DNA from: Macrostomum lignano
Lineage: Eukaryota
Assembly (NCBI GenBank): GCA_002269645.1
Contig: NIVC01003675.1
Coordinates: 1-64,000 of the forward strand
DNA length: 64,000 nucleotides
Direction of reading: 5' to 3'
The notes under the pieces: generated by a model
The model's database searches: none
Seen by the model: only the letters and a program-made list of their open reading frames with translations
What the model was told of the DNA's origin: nothing
Position numbers and translations under genes: made by a program
Part shown: positions 33,701 through 45,965 of the stretch, in pieces
How the letters are laid out: each line of letters starts with the position of its first letter
Position numbering within the stretch: position 1 is the stretch's first letter

Positions 33701-35935
33701 GCATTAACGAGAGGCGGACGAGAGCATAGAAATAAAGCGGGCTAAATATATTAATACACAAAATTACATGTACTAGCTAGTAATTTCAGAATGGTCAGCG
33801 ACTCCTCCGATTTGTATCCGCGACCGCGTGCCCACAAATCCCCCGGCAGACCCTGTCGCAGTTGGTGGTTGTGCACAGAATACAATGTTAATTTTCGAGC
33901 TTCTCTGCAAAAATGCGTGATGCACTCAAGATGCGTGCTAAAGTCTACTTCTTTGATTGATGGCTGGGTTTTGCCTTTTCGCTTGTGATCATCAAAAGCT
34001 TGGGCGTCATTGCTACTGGTGTTTCAGTGTGCGCATTATGTCTGGTTATCATATTATGTGCATGTGCAGTGTCTTTTACCTACATTTTTGTTTGTCTCTG
34101 TTTCCTGCATGCTCTTTCGCATTTTTACACCTCGCACATCCTCATTTTTCTCAATTAACAAGTGAAATCTTTTCTTAAAGACTAATTGCTATTTTAGTTA
34201 AGCTAGTAGGTTTTTGGTAATTAAATAATTCAATTTTGTCTATTTTCCAAAAAGTTTCAAAAAATGAATTAATTAAAATAAATTTGAATTATTTTAAGTT
34301 AATTGGAGTAAAATGTCTAATAAGTAACTATAATTTTTTATTTTAAGTACATGTAGCTTTGGTATAAGTATTAATGTAATAAGTACTTAAAGTAAAATCA
34401 AGCAAGTTATAGTTTTCAGAAATTATGCTACAAATAATCAAATATATACTAGAATCCAAATTCCTTTATTAAGGAACATGCAGTTGATATTAAATCCACA
34501 ATGTGCTTTTTGGTGTTCAAGGATAGTTCCCTGACTTTTTCTATTATTAGTTAGATTTTATTATATTTAATGTAAAAATGAACAATTCTATTCACCGTAA
34601 AAATGAACATTCTTTATTTGTCGAATCATCTTGACTTTGAAAAGATACATAGTGAAAACTTGATTTTTAATTCAACCTTTCAAGACTTATTTAGACTTCT
34701 TAATTCAGTGATTAGTTAAACTGATCGAAGTCCTTTCGAGTGCATGCTATAATAATTTCGCACTTTTTCGCACACGATAATTTTAAATGTCTGGGATTTG
34801 GAGCAGAGTAACAAAATGCTGTGCTCAAAAACATTTCCTTTGTCAATTTCTTGTTCTTTTATTTTTGCAAAAGAAATTTAACTGCATATTTAAAATAAAA
34901 ATAGAAGAAAATTTTATTTTCTCTTTAATATTTTTGTCGTTTATTTTCCGCAACAAAGAATAACAAATAGCCTTGATTTCTTCTCAATTTCAAGTTTTCT
35001 TGTGGTTTTAGTAGCAGCTTCTTACAGAAATTGTCGAAATAATTTTTTTTGTACGATTATTGCTCGATGTATAAACTTTTTTTGCAATAACAAAAAGTTG
35101 TGACCTAGCTTTGAGAACGACCCATCTGTGGTTATAATAGGCCTAGTTGATAAGAAAAGGGTTTACTGTTAAAAATGCAATCCCAACAAATGAATAATAT
35201 TCCTACTATATCATTAGATAACAATTAGATAACAATGTCACATTGGTAACATCTGTTTATAGGCCTAGGCCTATATATATAGGCCCTAACTGTCTGTAGG
35301 CCTAATGCCTAATTTAGTTATTTATTTATTAACTATTTATAGGATAGGGAGAAGAAGCAAATTGTCCAAAAATAAATAAAAAGCAATTTTCAAGCAATCG
35401 CCTATTAGCCATATCAATTGTTAGGGCTGGGTGCCACTGAATTCTTTAACAGCTAGGCCTAGGCCTAATTCGTCAACTCTGTTGACAAATTCAGTTACCT
35501 AACAACACACTAGGCCTATTGACTAGATAGTATATTTTTACTATTTGCTAAAAATTAAAAGACAAAAGCCTACTGAAAAGATATATATTATATAAGATAA
35601 CAAAGACAAATGGTTTTTATTTGATATATGATTTTTACAACCTGTTAAAAGCTAGGGGCCTATGGATTTTAAACCCATTTAATTGCAATAAATCCTGGAA
35701 CTATTGGCATTCCTTCGGTTTACAATCACCTAAAACAGTGACAATCACCATAAAAAACAGTTGTAAGACATAAAATGATAAAATCCATAGTTTCCAATGA
35801 AACAAAATCAAATGTTGGCAAACTGACTTTGTTTATTTCAAAAGATGGCAAGATTGTTGTAGCACCTTATATTTCACCTTTGGTTTACAATCACCCAAAT
35901 GTATATTGCCCATTGAAATGTGCAATGCACAATTC

Positions 35936-36110
35936 ACCTTTTGGTTTACAATCACTTGCACACATGCACTCTATTGAAATGATTGTGAACCAAAGCTAGC
36001 TATAAAAAAGTATACTAAGGCCAAGGGTTGACATGCTTTCTTATAGCCAGCTTTGGTTCATAATCATTTCAATAGAGTGCATGTGTGCAAGTGATTATAA
36101 ACCAAAAGTG
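35936..36110. repeat. Inverted repeat with ~70-bp arms and ~25-bp spacer, flanked by partial duplicates (fold-back/MITE-like)
   Basis: TTGGTTTACAATCACTTGCACACATGCACTCTATTGAAATGATTGTGAACCAAAGCTAGCTATA vs TATAGCCAGCTTTGGTTCATAATCATTTCAATAGAGTGCATGTGTGCAAGTGATTATAAACCAA. Confidence 0.8.
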
Positions 36111-37871
36111 AGAGGGGGGTATGGCACTAAAGATTAATTATACTAAGCTAGGGTTGATATGCTTTCCTATAGCTAGCTTTGGATGATTGTAGGCCTAAAC
36201 CAAAGGTGATATATATATAAGCTACTAGTGATTAGTGAACAAATGTATAATCTTTTCAATTTCAGGTAAACAAAGTTAGTTGATCAGCTAACTTTTGCTT
36301 TTTTTTCATTTGATACTACTGTTGGTTTTTATGTCTTAATTTTGAACACACCATTTTGCATTCAGTAAGCAAAATATAAGGTGATCGTAAACTGAAACTG
36401 GCAAAATAGATAGTGATTCTAAACTAAAGGATTGCCAAACTATTTTTGCACAGATTTTAAAATCTGAACTCATACTCAAACAAAATGTTTGTAAGTTAAT
36501 GGTTAAGGAGATAAACAAACTTGGATCTTTGTAACAAAATTTACAATTATTGCATTAAGGAATAAACTATTTTATAGTAAATCTGTCTTGTTATTGACAA
36601 ATTCATTTATCTTGTTTTATAACTGTTGATGAATTTAATTTCCTTCAATTTCTTAAATTTTAGGTCTGCTAATAAATTAGATATTGTTGAATTTGGTGTA
36701 GCCTATTAGGGCCTAGGCCCTTAAAGGACTAGGCCTAGAAAACCTTGATATTGGTATTGGTATTGGTATTAGTATTGATATTTATATATAATAAAAGTAA
36801 TTCAATATCTTTCTACTTAGGCACTGTCTGCTTAAGACACTAACTTTAGGTCCATATTCTATGTATTGCTTATAAGTAAAAATAGACCTAGTATAGACCT
36901 AGGTCAAATGACTTTAATAGACTAGGCCTAGACTATTGTTAAAAAGTCAAAGACTAGTAGATTTATTTTATCTAGTTAAATAGATGCCTAGTTCTTTTGG
37001 CTTTGTACTAAGCTAAGGCCTATTATATTATTATCAATTGCTTCAAAATTTGGCCTTCAAGTAGTTTGTGGTTAACTTTATTTGCAAAATTAATAGATAA
37101 TTAGGTATTTTATCTACTTCATAACTTAGGCCTATTGCTTAGACTTATTGTTGGAGGGCTATTTAACTATTCTTTGATTTATTTTACTGATGCCACCAAG
37201 TTGTGGTAGGGGGTGTTTAACTATTTTAGACTATCCTACCAATGTCACCAAGTTGTTGTAAGTTTAAATTGTCTATTACTCTTTGACATTACTTAGTTAA
37301 TTATTGTTTCTTAGAAAAACATTAAGTCTAGAATTTTAACCTAAGGACTCCTTGAATCTATGCAAGTCACCCATTATGTCGAGCGGCAAACACTGGTCTA
37401 CATATATTTTACTGATTACTACTATTACTATTAGTTTCTTATATTCAATTACTCAGTCCTACGTACAGGCTACATATAGGAGTTGCCCAACTACTCAACC
37501 ATTTGCTCCCTTTTACTGGCTTCTCACAGCTTTTCTCTACTTTCTTCTGCTTTCCAAGTCAACACGATTTGCTTTCTTAACCGAATCAGAGAATTGGCAG
37601 GCAAAGGGAACACTGCCCGAAAATGCTTGTATTTATAGTCGAAAAATATGAGGGGAGAGGGGGACGTGGGATGAGTTATAACAAAATGTCAGCGCTAAGT
37701 TAAACAAATTATTTCCACCGTCCAATAATATTCCTCCAAGCTTAATGATACCTCCTTTAAACAAAATATTTGCATAAAAATAGAATTTTCCTAATTTAAA
37801 CAAAATGGACCATTTAAACAACACATTACCAGGCAACGAGAAATATTTAAAATGAGACCTGCCTCATTACA

Positions 37872-39215
37872 CGAGGGTCATCCCAAAAGTTTCAGCAATT
37901 GAATGATTTTGTGCCATAGACAACTTTTAGGACTACAGCACTTATACCACACAAAAGATGAGCATATTTCGGGTGTCTGAGTAAGTTTTTAGCATTCTAG
38001 CTTCAAAATTCTGTTTTCTAAAGAACATTTTAGGAGATCATAAATCAAACATTGGCCGACAACGATAAAATGGAATTTCCGTTGAACTTGGAGCAGCGCT
38101 CATACATTAAAACGGAATGTCTTTGTGGTGTCCCTGCAGCTCAAATTCACCGTCAGTTGCTGCAGGCCCATGGGCCAAATGCGATGAGCCAGCGAGCCGT
38201 GTATGACTGGTACATTCGATTCAAGAATGTCCGCTCTGATGTCGAGGATGACCCACGATCTGGAAGGCCAAAAGAAGCTCGCACAGAGTTGAACATCGAG
38301 TTGATCCAAGGGCTGCTGAACATCAATCGCCATTGGACATGCGAAGAAATGGCTGAGCTGTCCGGAATCCCCTCGTCGAGTGTGCATCGGATCCTCATCC
38401 AGGATCTTGGACTGCAGAAGGTCACAGCCAGGTGGGTGCCGCACCATCTCACAGATGACAACAAGGCACGCCGGGTGACAACTGCTCAGCAGCTTCTGCA
38501 TCAGTTCAGGAGAGAGGGTTCGGCTTTCCTAGACCGTATTGTCACGCTTGACGAGACTTGGATCTGTTCGTACAAGCCCAATCTCAAGAGCCAGAATTCC
38601 GAGTGGCAGTCGAAAGGTTCTGCCCAGCCATCAAGACCATCAGTTCTGCGGCGCGCCAAGGGAGCCGACAAGATGATGATCATCGCATGCTACGATAGCT
38701 TTGGCATTATTCTCATCCACCGCGTTCCTGAGGGCCAAAACATCAACCAACAGTACTATTGGAGCTTTATTATTCACCATCTTCGGCCTGCCTTGCGCAA
38801 AAAGCGGCCACAGACCCTGGAACTTGGTCCACTTCTTCTGCACGACAATGCCAGTTCGCACACAGCCCACATTGTGCAGAACCTACTGCGGGACTATCAG
38901 TGGGAGGTGCTGCCTCATCCTCCTTACTCCCCAGACCTCAGTCCCTGCAATTTCGACCTTTTTCCAAAGCTTAAGAACCAGCTCCGAGGGCGTCGTTTCC
39001 ATTGCCTGGATGACCTGTTCAGCGAGGTTGGCCGTATTGCAAAAGACTTGTGAGAATCCGGCGCTGCTGACGGCATTCAGAAGTTGCCTGGCCGCTGGGA
39101 GCGCACAATTCAAGTCAACGGAAGTTATTTTGAAGGTTTTTGACATGTTCATTGTTCTGACACTCGTTTGTTGAAAATTAGTAGGCGTTTGCTGAAACTT
39201 TTGGGATGACCCTCG
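37872..39215 (+). mobile_element. Full-length mariner transposon (irritans-subfamily-like), 1344 bp
   Basis: Perfect 27-bp TIRs CGAGGGTCATCCCAAAAGTTTCAGCAA. TA on the right flank, TACA on the left. Encloses a transposase ORF. Confidence 0.95.
38070..39143 (+). pseudogene. Mariner transposase with a premature stop and a substituted third catalytic residue
   Basis: MEFPLNLEQRSYIK, WVPHHL, IVTLDETW, LHDNASSH, HPPYSPDLSPCNF (D expected, N seen). TGA at 39051-53 precedes the in-frame conserved tail GIQKLPGRWERTIQVNGSYFEGF*, which ends at 39143. Confidence 0.9.
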
Positions 39216-40025
39216 TATTAATAGTAATTAAAATAGTTAGCCTAAGCAACAATTACTAATTGTTTTCATATACTAGCAATTGATGTTCCAAATGATATGC
39301 CTTGAGAAAAGATAGTGTTATGGATTTATATTTAGTATTATCAATAATAGTCAAAGACAAAGGTTCTACCCTTTAAGCAAAATAAAATTTTATCATTTTT
39401 TGTGACAACTTTTCACTTAAAATTAACCTTCAAGTTATACAACTAAGCCACTATAAGAAAAGTAAATTTGATTGAATCAATAATAAATATTAGTTGCATA
39501 AAATCATTATAGTACATTTTTTGTGTTTTGGTATAGTTTTCTGATAGACATTTAGATAGAAATTTAAAAACCATTTAGTCAATGCTTAACAAAACTATTT
39601 ATTAAGTATGAACTATAATAGATATCTTAATACCAACAAAGATAATGATATAAAAAGAATAAAAAGGATGTTTTATAAGCTAAGATACTCCTTAGCAATG
39701 GTTGTTAAGATATTTCTAACCAAACCAAGTATTATTATTATTAATATTATTACTATTTGAGAACAAATATAAAAGAACAAACAATGCCTAGCAACATTGA
39801 AATATGACAAAAAAGCAGCACAAATCATATATAGTCATATGTATGCTTATATATAGATGATATCCCATTATAGCATACATTTTTATTTTGTGATTTTATT
39901 GTTTTGGCCAAAAACTTTAGAATGAATACAAGAAGTCAGCCATTAGAGATAGGCTTCTATTGCAGGTAGAAGTGGTGTGGCCACTGCTCTTAGGCCAAGT
40001 GCAAAAAAGATGCGGGTGTCTCCGA

Positions 40026-42835
40026 CAGTGTTGGGCAAGTTACTTTTTAAGTTACCACTTTAAAAATGAGTTTGGGCAATTCCATATAATTATGGTCATA
40101 ACATGACAGACTATTTTTACTTATAAAGTGAAATCTAATAATATATCCCAGGGCTCTTAATTATTCTTTTGTTAGTCTTACTTGCTGCCACCAAGTTGTG
40201 CTAGTGTTAAACTTCTATCTCTCTGCTTAATGTACCCTTGCATAATTGTACTATTATCGCTGGTAGCGTCTACTTATCTACTTCTATTGGTAGTGTCTAC
40301 TTATCTAATGGTAGCGGTTGTATATGTACTGTACTTTTAGCCTGAGTGGTCTAATGGCACTGTCTAACCCTACTATCTCTTAGTCTTGGGTGTTCTTTAG
40401 TTCAGAGGGTCACAGCTTATGCTCCTTTTCTGCCCTAGGGCGATCTTCTGCTATGAAGCATTTTCTTGGCCCTGAGGCAATTTCTCTTCCCTGAGGCGAT
40501 TTCTCTGCCCTGAGGTGATTTCTCTGCCCTGAGGCAATTTTTCTGCCCTGAGGCAACCTGCTACTCTGTAGGTCCTTTCTACTCTTAGTCAATTCTCTCG
40601 CTTTTCAGCAGTTTTCTAACACTACTCCCAATTGGGGTTCTTACACTAGGAAATAAATAAGTATTTAGGTCTTGCAAATAGGATTTAATAGAACTTGCAA
40701 ATTGTGGTAAACAAGCCTAAGGACAGTTAGATGAGTTATCCCGGTTGAATTCTTTAGGCCCATTCTGGGCTCCTATTTATACTAGTTGTGAAATGTATTT
40801 AAAACAAAAATTATTTCATGAAATGTTATTTGAATTCACAATAGTAAAACAAAAATAATAATGATTTCTTTTTTGCGCAGATCTGAAATAAGGTATTTTC
40901 CTAGAAAAGCTTTATAACGTATCTAATACTTATATTAGAAGGTCTTTTTATTAAAACAAATATACTAGATAAAATATACTAAACCAATATTTTGAATAAA
41001 ATATTATTTTGTCAAGAATATGTTTATATAGTTTCATATAGATATAATCATTAGTATAGATGCTATTAAACCTTGAAGGGCACTAATGGTCGTAACAACA
41101 AGATTTTTGACATATAGAAACTAAACGGTAAAAGTCTTATAACATTTTTTTGATATTTTGCAATAGATTCTTTAAAATTTGACTAAGAACATCTTCAGAG
41201 ATCATACTCTATTATTAGAATATATAAAATCAAAAAGACAACAAAGATACAAAAAAAGGTAGCCTTATGGTCGTAACATTATGACCATAACATATTTTTT
41301 CTATCAATTCAGTAACTTTGAGGTACCAATATACAAAAAATATAATAGATTATATGGTTGGTAATATTTTTATCTGATGATGCAAGTACTATAATTTTAT
41401 CTATAGTTTGTTTCAACTTTCCAAAACTTTATATTTGTTTTTAAAAGGTACACAAACTTAATGATGTTTTTTGCTTAGAAAAATGTCCAAATTTTTACAA
41501 AAATGACTTTTTGCCAATTGATAACACACTAATCCAACATTTTACCATTCATTTATTCTTAGATTGTAAATATTACACATAAAAAACATTTGGCAAAAAA
41601 ATAGCTCAAAAGGCTCACAAGCAAAAATATTGACTTTTTATATTTTCCAAATATGTCTATCTTATCTGGAATAAGCTGTTTATGTTAGCCTAATAACTTT
41701 ATACAGAAACCTAGTAACTTAAGTTATTGTCCATTACTCACTTTCATTACCCATGTTATTAACAAAATTTTCATTGTCCTGACCTCAACATTAATAACAA
41801 TAGCAGTTGATTCACTATTACCATATCTACCACAATCAGTGGCAGATGCAGACTCTAACTTATCATTGACATTGTTGTTACCAAAATTTGCCATTAGAAT
41901 TTAGGATTAACCAATTACTGGACAGAGTTAGGAATTGGCAACACGACGTGTGGCAACTAGACAGACCAATGGGCAATGTGCAACCTCCAAAATTTGGTCA
42001 GCCATGTAACTTAGTTTTAACAAAAAATGTGACATAGTTTTTGGTCAAAAATGCAACTTACATGTAAAAAAAACCATATAACAAAATTAATGCAACCTTG
42101 GGTAAATGGTAGGAGTAACTATGACTGTCTTATTAAGGCAAAATGCCTCATTATCTACTTAGTACTACAAAGGTATTTATTTGGTTGGGCATTTTTGCAA
42201 CTTACCTTGGTTGGCCACCAAATCAGTTTGCCGGATTGGCTGACTTGGCCAACTATTGTGCATGTATAGCAATAGGCAATGGCAATCAATAATTAAAAAT
42301 TAAAAATAATAAAATTAACAAAAAACAATAATTCAATATAAAGTAAAATAAATAGAACTGTATAAAATGGTATAGTGCAGTGCAATGCAGTGCCAGTAGA
42401 CTTGTGGAAGCTACAGAGAATTTCTTTCTTTGGTTGTTTGTTTGTACAATATATATATAAAATTTATTTTTTATTAACTTGAAAACAAAAAGCAAAAATA
42501 TTTTACTGAAATTAACAAATTAAAAACAATTTTCAAGTATTTCTTCATTAATTAGAGCATAATACCATACAAATCTATTCACTTAATTTTGAATTTAGGA
42601 ATGACAATGCTAAAAATGTGACAATTGGCATAATAGCTAAGTATATCAGTTTTGAATTTAAATATTGCAATTGTTACAAGGTAACTGTAATAGACTTAAC
42701 CTGACTTCCAAAATTTGAGTAACTCCATTATTCCATCACCAAAATAGAAAAATAACTTGTGTAAAGAATGCTTTACAAAAAAGTAACTTGCATTACCATT
42801 TGCAAGTTACTTGATAATAGAAGTGCCCAACACTG
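40026..42835. mobile_element. Non-autonomous hAT-type element (~2.8 kb) containing other repeats
   Basis: TIRs CAGTGTTGGGCA(AGTTACT) / TGCCCAACACTG, with subterminal GTAACT/AGTTAC motifs. Flanks GTCTCCGA / GTCTCTAG form a degenerate 8-bp TSD (5/8). No transposase seen inside. Confidence 0.65.
40425..40558. repeat. Minisatellite, 19 bp unit (CCTGAGGCAATTTCTCTGC)
   Basis: CCTGAGG at 40471, 40490, 40509, 40528 and 40547. Confidence 0.9.
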
Positions 42836-44899
42836 GTCTCTAGTAAGTTGAGTGATTGCAGAATTTGATGGGCACAGGTAGTACAGTGAATTCACTACAG
42901 TGATGTAATGTAAGCATCTATGCCTTCTATAAAAAACTTGCTAGTCCAAGCTAAAAATGCAACAAGTAAGTGTGAGCATCAACTACTTGGCTGGCTTGCG
43001 CATTAGGTTCTAGTGAGTCAATGTGTCTCGCCGTGGCCAAACCCCATCCATTCCAACCCTTCTTTCACTTCACTAGGAAAATTGACCCCTGGCAAGTGCT
43101 GAAGAGCTGAGCATAAGCCAAGGCGTTTGACATTGCTGCCTCTCCAAACTTGTTATACAGCACCCTGTAAAATGGGTCACTCAGGACAAGTGTACAAATA
43201 CTATTCTCTGGAACCCTATACTTCCAATGCTGACTTTGTTAGGGTGCATCACCAAGGAGTGCTTCTGGAATACTGACTTTATTTGCTTCTAGGATGCAGT
43301 CTGTTTCATGCCCAGTAGGTTGTAAAGATCTGACACTGCAATGGCTAGCCAATTTGGCACATCTCTACAGCACCAATTTTGGGCACCATTAATGAAAATC
43401 TTAACTTCCATTAATGGCAAAATCATTAGTGTTTAGAAACAAGAAAATCTTAACTTATTAACTCTTAATTTTGTTAAGTTAACTGATAGTCATTAATAAG
43501 CAATAATCTGTTAAAGTTAACACATAAATTATAAAAATCTTGCACTTTTTTCAAAACAGACTTCCAAAATGCACTGTCTTTGCTTTTCCATTTTTTAGCA
43601 ATACACAGGGGTCATCTAACCAATTTGCAAGCTAAAAAGTATTAAATAATATATTGTAAAAACTTGTATATATAATACTAAAAGTAAGCATATGGTAAAA
43701 GAAGTAACTTGGTTATTTGAAACTTGAAAGCTAATTAGTTAATAATAAAATACAAATACAAAGGTTGTTTCAGTAGTAGCATTAGCAGGCGCAGCAGAAA
43801 GTTACAAATAAGATTGGGAAAGAAGTAAATCAAAACAATCCATGCTCACGTGCAAGCAAAAAAAATCATTATTAAAGTTCATTAGTAAAAAATTGTTACT
43901 TTGCATGATCATCATTAAGAGATTTATTGGGCATTTAGGTAAATTCAAATGCATCCAGTTGTAGTTTCTCTTTACACTTATATTTTTGTTCTTTCTTTGT
44001 GTCTTTGGTCATTGACCTTGCCATTAATGTTAACAAAAAATTTGTCATTAGCTCACAAAATTATTAATGCAAATATTCATTAATCCATTATTTCAAAAAA
44101 TCTTAATGGCAGTCTGTTAACATTAATGAAAATCTTAATGCTTATTAATAGATTAACACTTATTAACAGACTGGTGCTCAACACTGTACAACACAAATTA
44201 AACTCAGCCAGTCTCTCAAATGATAAAGACATGCAACTCACTCTCTTGTCTTCTTGCAACAGTGATGGCAGCAGTAAGGGTGGCTTCTCTCAACTGCTAG
44301 CAATAATTCTGGGCAAAGGCTGGCTTTTGAAAAGTTCCATTTTTGGTTATAACAGAGCTTATAGTTGCATATAGATTGATACAAAAAGAATGGCCTCCTC
44401 TACCGCCACTCCTGCTTATATTTATATTTATGCTAGCTGGTTAGGCCCTGGGGTATTGCTACCCTAGGCCCAGCTAGCCAAAGTTAGGAGTCTAAACAGT
44501 TACAAAGCATGCCAGGGTTGCAATTGGAGGAAAGAGAGTACACACTAGACCGCCAGCCAATCCCAGGGCTTATAATTTGACTTGGCTGATTTTCAGTAAA
44601 GTGAAGTAGGAGAAACATATACTCCAATAACCCCTCTAAAGTGGAAGCAGACTTTTAGGGCGACCTGCACTCGCCCTTTTGCAATGCCGTCATCAAGCAC
44701 TTGTGGCTTTTTGTAAGAGTGCAGCTGTCCACAACTGCTACACTCCACCACACTCTGATAACAATGCAATTCCCTAATTATTGCCTAATTTAGTCCCTAA
44801 TACTACTTCCTAAAATAGTCCCTAAATAGTCCCTAGGGCCTATATGCATATGAAATTGAATCCTTATACCTCCATGTATACTGCCATGATCCTCTAATC

Positions 44900-45200
44900 T
44901 TAAAAACAACAAGACTGGAAGAGATTTACATGCAATATATATAATACTAGTAACAGTAACATACATTACTGCTTAGGCCTACTAAGAATGCTACCAGTAC
45001 AGAAAAAGAATACTAACAATATAAATACAAAATGAGTATGCCACTAGCAAGTAAGAAGTAAGAAATATTGTGACAATATCCAGATATTTATTTAGACTTT
45101 TACTTAGATTGATTCTGAGATCAATAAAGACTCATTACTTAGATCTATTCTAAGAGTTACAACTTGATGACAATATTTGTGGTATTAGTAGTGGAATTTC
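44900..45200 (+). mobile_element. Fragment of the AT-rich dispersed repeat family
   Basis: ACTGCTTAGGCCTACTAAGAATGCTACCAG ... ATTCTAAGAGTTACAACTTGATGAC is similar to 10590-10880. Confidence 0.5.
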
Positions 45201-45965
45201 ATAGGATGTGACAAAGAGCCGTATGATATATAAATAAGTCAAATTTTTGTTGTCTAAATATAATGTTGTACTAGAAAAGTGCAATGCAAATAATGCTTTC
45301 TTATGTTTCAATCATGTTTTTCAAAATTTTTAAATTGACAAGTATTTTGAAAATGTTATCATTGGTATTATTATTATTGTTGCTTACTACTATTGTTTGC
45401 AAATTATGGCACTAAAGCAATTATTGTATTTAAAATATTGTTGCTTTATTGTTGGCATGTAATAATTTTGTAAGCAACTATTATCTATTTTGTTTTGTTT
45501 CACTCTTAGCCAGCTAGCACTTAAATAAAGAGGAAATGATATTTGTATCATGTTCCCTTTTTTATGAAACTTTTTAGCTGCATATTAGGAAACTTTCAGA
45601 TTGGCAAAGTACTTTATTAAAGCTTGCAACAAAGTATGATATAATGGTTGCCTGTTAGATAGACTTTTCAATCCTATTATTAATATTAGCATCCCATGGT
45701 GTATGGCTCAAGTGTTTATAGCAGAAAAGAGGATAGCTTTGTTTGGCACACAAAGGACTGTCTACCACAAATTGACCTTTAGCCACAATAAATATTGCTA
45801 CTCATTTTAGCTTTGCTATGCAAATTAGGCTGTAAAATGTAGGATATTGTAATAAAACTATAATAATAAGTATTTAAATTTAACTTTTCAAGACACAAAT
45901 AGTATTATTTTAGTAAATTGCAGATTAATTTTCTAACAAAAAACAAGTAATACTAGACTAACAAT

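Noticed and set aside
33640-34150. Coding-like composition with short ORFs (33791..33988, 33957..34178)
   Set aside because: Frames are interrupted and I recognised no domain.
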